DNA of 64,000 bases, taken from NCBI GenBank assembly GCA_020536535.1, contig JAHLWZ010000476.1:1-64000 (forward strand). Direction: 5' to 3'. Positions 59,477 through 64,000 of the stretch are shown here, piece after piece; the stretch's first letter is position 1; each line of letters starts with the position of its first letter. Source of the DNA: Pelomyxa schiedti (taxonomy: Eukaryota; Protista; Evosea). Made by a program: the position numbers and the translations under genes. Below the pieces are notes generated by a model, which worked only from the letters and a program-made list of their open reading frames with translations, searched no databases and had not been told where the DNA came from.

Positions 59477-62027
59477 CTACAGCCGTATCTTGGAGTCCAA
59501 CTTGGACTCTAGCTTCTCCTTCAGTTTCGCAGGAAGCTCCTTTGGCTTGTACTTCACGTAGGAAGCACCCAGTGCGGCCTCCCTAGCTTCTTCACTGGAG
59601 CCAGACTTTGACTCCCCATCTGATGCAGGATCGAGTTCTAACATCTCGGGCTCTAATTCCGCCGGCTCCAGTTCTCCTTCTTCAGCTGGTTCTAGTTCGA
59701 GAATATCACTATTATGTGGGGAGAGACGGCCTTTGGGCGAAGGTGTTCCTCGACCTGTGAGTGGTCAGAAAAGCGAGTGCGCTGGGGTATTGTTTTTTTT
59801 TTACCTTTGAAGTCGGCTGATAGCTTCATAGAAGCATCTGTGACAGAAGGTAGTTTTCCAGATATTTCTCGCTTTGTCTCGGTTTGCTTTACCACCACCT
59901 TGGGGATGCTACTACTGGAAGACTTGCTTTTGCTGCTGCTCGACGAAGATGACTTACCTTTTTTACTTGAAGATTTGGCTGAAGGTTGGGTTGTTACGAG
60001 TACTGATTGCACAGGTTGGACCTTCTGAACAGTTAAACTGAGCGGCTTTTCAGTTCCCTTACTCGACTTTGAAGAAGACGAGCCAGAAGACTTACTCTTA
60101 GAGCCACTCTTGCTGCTTGAGCCACTCCCGCTCTTGCTCTTGGAGCCATTGTGGCTTTTTACACCACTTGAACTTAGTGAAGATTTTGCTGCTGTGGGTA
60201 CTGCAACGTCAGTCTTGGGACTTGTGAGGACAGTTTTGGGTGCGATTTTTGGTTTTGAGGAAGAGGAGGAGGCACTGTTAGATTTGCTTCCTTTTTTCTT
60301 TGGAACGGCTGATACTGCCGGTTGGGAGGGCTTTGTGTCCACTTTGGCTTGTTGTGCTGGCACCGCAACTACATTTGAGGACTGCCGAGCGGGAACTGCA
60401 GGTTTACTTTCTTCAGGTTTTACAACCACTTTAGGGGTTGGAGATTTGCCAGATTTTGAGTGTGACTTCGACTTTGAGTGCGACCGGGAAGATGACTTAG
60501 AGTGTGAACGGGAAGATGGCTTGGAGCCCGACACAGAACCAGACTTGGAACTTGAACCAGACTTAGATTTCTTCTTTGTGACAGTCAAGGAAGTATTTTT
60601 GACAGCAGCACCTGGTGCATTCTTTGTGGCGCCAGTGCTGGGTACAGAAATTTTGGCTGCTGTATTTTTTGTTGCATCCAAGGATGGGGCCGAAGGTTTG
60701 ATTGGTTCTTTTGACTGGGTCTTTGGGGTTTTTTGCTTGGAGTTGGAAGAACCGGAATTGGACTTTGACCCGGAATTAGACTTTGAACCGGAGCCGGACT
60801 TTGAACCGGAACCTGAATGTGATCCAGACCATTGTGCTTGTAGCGCCCGTGCCTTTTTGACCAAGGCTTTTGCTCGTTCAGCGGCATCTGAATGTGATTT
60901 TGATCCTGATGTTGACTTGGATGTTGAGCCGGAGTGTGAACCAGGTTTGGATCCAGCCTTAGTCTTCGGGTTGACTTGTGGTTTGGGTTTTCCTGTGGCT
61001 GGTCCTGATCCAGACTTCGATACTGAGCCAGAAGCTGATTTCGAAATAGAGCGAGATCTTGACTTTGACCCCGACCTTGAACGGGAGCCCGAGCCTGAGA
61101 CAGAACCTGATCCAGATTTGGAGCCGGATCCGGAACGAGATTTGGAACCGGATCCGGAGCGAGATTTGGAACCAGACCCGGAGTGAGATCGTGAGCCGGA
61201 ACCTGAGCGTGATCCTGACTTCGATTTAGTGCCAGAGCCAGACCGTGAGCCTGATTTTGATCTCGATCTTGATCCCGAGCCCGATACTGAGCCGGACCCA
61301 GACTTGGACCTGGACCTGGACCTGGACGCCGATCCTGATCCCGATTTTGATCTTGATCTAGAACCTGAGCCTGATCCTGATACAGACCTCGACCTTGACT
61401 TGGATCCAGAACGTGAGTCTGATCTAGATCTAGATCCCGATCCCGAGTGCGATCGTGAACGTGAAGCTGATGATGTAGACCGTGAACCAGAAGACTTTGA
61501 TCTGGATTTGGAGCGAGACCTCGATTTTGACCTGGACCGGGACCTGGAAGAAGACCTAGCGCCTAAATGCAGTATTAACTGAGTGTCGTTCATACTTTTA
61601 AGGGGTGTAGAATTTAAAGGAGATGTAGAAAAAGGGAGAAAGTAATGGGAGAAATGTACCTGCAGCAGGTTTTTTTCCTGCACCAGAAGGTGCTTGGGCT
61701 TTGACGTTTGTGGCTGGTTGTTGTGTCTTTGTTTTGGTGTCTTCTACTTTAGTGGTTGGTTTTTGTTGGGCAGAGGGTCCCGGGTGAGGTTGCTTTTGTT
61801 GTTGCTTGGCGTCGATGACAGGTTTTGCGGTGGCGGCACCAACTGGTGGATTGTGGGATTGGGACTTGCCTACCTTTTTTCCTTCTGGTTTCTTCAACTT
61901 AAAATATCGAGTTATAAACTTGACAAACAAGATGCACAAGGATGAAAGAAAAAAAAACCTGGGGCAAACGAGAAAGAACAAAAAGACCCTGTTGGGTCTT
62001 CTTCATTTTGTACACGTTGTTATACAT
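59477..62027 (-). CDS. Ser/Lys/Gly-rich low-complexity protein with long alternating S-X (RS/SG/KS) tract; multi-exon, start uncertain
   Basis: 663-aa open frame with SRSRSKSGSGS repeats, splice-compatible flanking exons, acidic C-terminal exon ending KIRL*. Confidence 0.75.
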
Positions 62028-62464
62028 TTAGTCTTGTAAGCGTGCGGTACGGCGATTAATTCCGCGCGTGCGTCGGTTTCGACGGGGTTTTTTTTGTTTT
62101 GTTTTTGGCGTCGCTTTGTTTTCATTCAAAGAACCTTCAAATTTCCCTTCCGATAATATCCGAGAATAGACGTCTTTTCTCTTGAATCGAGCGCGGAGGG
62201 GTGAACATCCGAATGATTCTGATTATTCCCTGTTGCACCCAAGGTCAACCCACCCGTTAAAGCTCCATCAAAGTAGATGAATACACAGTACCTCGAAGCA
62301 AACTATCAAGAGAGTTAAGTGATTGCGGACTTGCCACCCTCCAATTGTGGGAACTCAAATGGGACGCGCACGCATTGGGGTTCTTTGGGCCTTCACATGT
62401 TTTCCTGCTCTTCATCAACTTGAACTTGTTGATTTTCTTTTCTGGCTAATTGGAACGCGAAGGG

Positions 62465-63757
62465 ATGCACCACCCACACTCACAGTCCAGTCCTTCGTTG
62501 GCCAAAGTTACCAGCGATTCAGTGGTGAAACTAAATGTTGGGGGTGAATTCTTTGCCACGTCACTATCAACGCTGACCTCTGTGGAGGCTTCTTTTTTCT
62601 ATTCGATGTTTACTGGTCGCTTCACTTCCATGACTCTTGATGGTTGTGCTCGAGCGTGTTTCTGTTAGACACTACAAATTCATATTCACTCTCATCCACA
62701 AAATTGTGAAACTACCCGTTTTTAATGTTTTAACGCAGCTACAAACAAATTGTAAACCATTATGCCAGGCTGCTTCTTTGTTGATAGGGATCCACATATG
62801 TTCAGGCACATACTTAACTTCCACCGAGGTCAAAATGTTCCAGTCCCGCACCTCTGTAATGCAGACCTGGCACAGCTTGCTGATGACAGTGCATTCTACG
62901 GGCTACCCCGCCTTGAAGAAGTAGTGCGAAGGGAGCTAAAGAGGCGCGGGATGGACACAGCAGACGACAACATAGAGGAACGTAGAATGCGTGAATTCTG
63001 CACATTCAGGCCCGGTCACCCCCACTTCCCCTACACAGTTACAGCAAGCGGGCCCGAGAGTTCTAGTTCCGGCAGCGGGAACTCGACCCTCACCTCCGGA
63101 ACTTCAACGTGGCGGCGTAGAGCCACCAAGAAAGGCTCAGGCCCTGCCGTTGCGCTCGGAATCAGGCCCCTCGCTCCAGGCCTCGGCAAAGTCTGCAGGT
63201 GGGGTGTCAGAATCGTGCAGAGTGCCAAGGCTAATATCTCCATAGGCGTGGTGCGGGCCTCTATACTGACAGCCGCTCCCTCTGGGGGGGCGTTCGACGG
63301 ATGGTGGTGCTTCCACGCGGGGAGTCACAGGCCCTCTGGCTATGCATATGATAGGTACTGCGTTTGGGTGCCAGACAATATTATACCCCGCGTACCTACT
63401 TCTGATTCGCCTGGCCTAGCTTCATTCGATCCTCCGGTGGAATCTGCTGTTACTACTTCCACTGCTACTTCCGTGACCAACTCAACAACGGCAGTGGCAA
63501 CGACGCCTGGGACATCCACAACACCAAAAACTCCCTGTAAGAAGAGGCCTGTGACACGGGTGGCCGAGGGTTCCATTGTCAAAGTGGCTGTGGAAGTTGA
63601 TTCTGGTGTCATCTCGTTTGGCGTTGATGACAGTGACTACGCCGTGGCCTACAGCGGAGTCGATGTGCACTCTGAGCCACTTTTCCCCTGTGTGATTATG
63701 TACGATGACGGTGACACTGTAGAACTGGTGCCCCCTGAGGAATTTGACTTTGCCTGA
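62465..63757 (+). CDS. KCTD-type BTB/POZ + SPRY-like domain protein; one intron, start tentative
   Basis: VVKLNVGGEFFATSLSTL, FFVDRDPHMFRHILNFHR, FYGL; SPRY-like ISIGVV..GSIVKVAVEVDSGVISFGVD..LFPCV. Confidence 0.88.
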
Positions 63758-64000
63758 GTTGGCGACCAAGCGAGAGACTCAGGAACGAATTTTCCCCATC
63801 AGATTCTGGGGAATTTGCAGCACTTGCCGTTTTTGTTACAACTTGGGGGACTGAGGAAAACTTCTGCCTTTTAAAAAGAAAATTCTGTTAAAGTTAAGAT
63901 TAAACAAACAAACAAAAAAAAAAACCGACAATGATGTTGGGCTTGGCTTCGGAGCACGTTCTTGTACGTTTTCGAAAGGGGTATACTGCCAAGCTTTTGA

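Noticed and set aside
60110-61582. Long + strand ORFs with (D/E-P/L) repeats
   Set aside because: Antisense shadow of the Ser-X repeat gene; splice signals and flanking exons support the minus strand

Overview
Gene-dense eukaryotic genomic DNA with many short (~40-60 nt) GT-AG introns, very short intergenic spacers and GC-rich low-complexity first exons. I infer an anaerobic amoebozoan (Archamoebae, Pelomyxa-like) from the Entamoeba-type Cys-rich transmembrane kinases, a bacterial-type CoA-transferase and the intron style; this is not verified. About 25 genes, with exon boundaries reconstructed by eye. Housekeeping: CTD small phosphatase, THOC3, ENY2, GRP170-like Hsp70, YbaK, SAR1, PRIM2, RhoGEF, TBC GAP, BTB-SPRY. 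Signalling: an EGF/CUB receptor kinase (partly duplicated at the window start, next to a 100-N gap), an ankyrin-SAM pseudokinase, a pseudokinase-SAM-tyrosine kinase and a ~2300-aa kinase-STAND-GAF-adenylyl cyclase. Intron-containing genes of prokaryotic type: DUF1152, YdiF-like CoA-transferase, DUF1998 helicase and an SPL-like radical SAM enzyme. The strongest novelties are hidden from the ORF track by introns: (1) a radical SAM protein whose CxxxCxxC motif is in a frame reached only by splicing, with an NLS and PIP-box-like N-terminus; (2) a two-exon gene for a secreted, extremely Arg-rich peptide; (3) a CoA-transferase apparently lacking its catalytic Glu. No rRNA, tRNA, CRISPR array or transposon was recognised.
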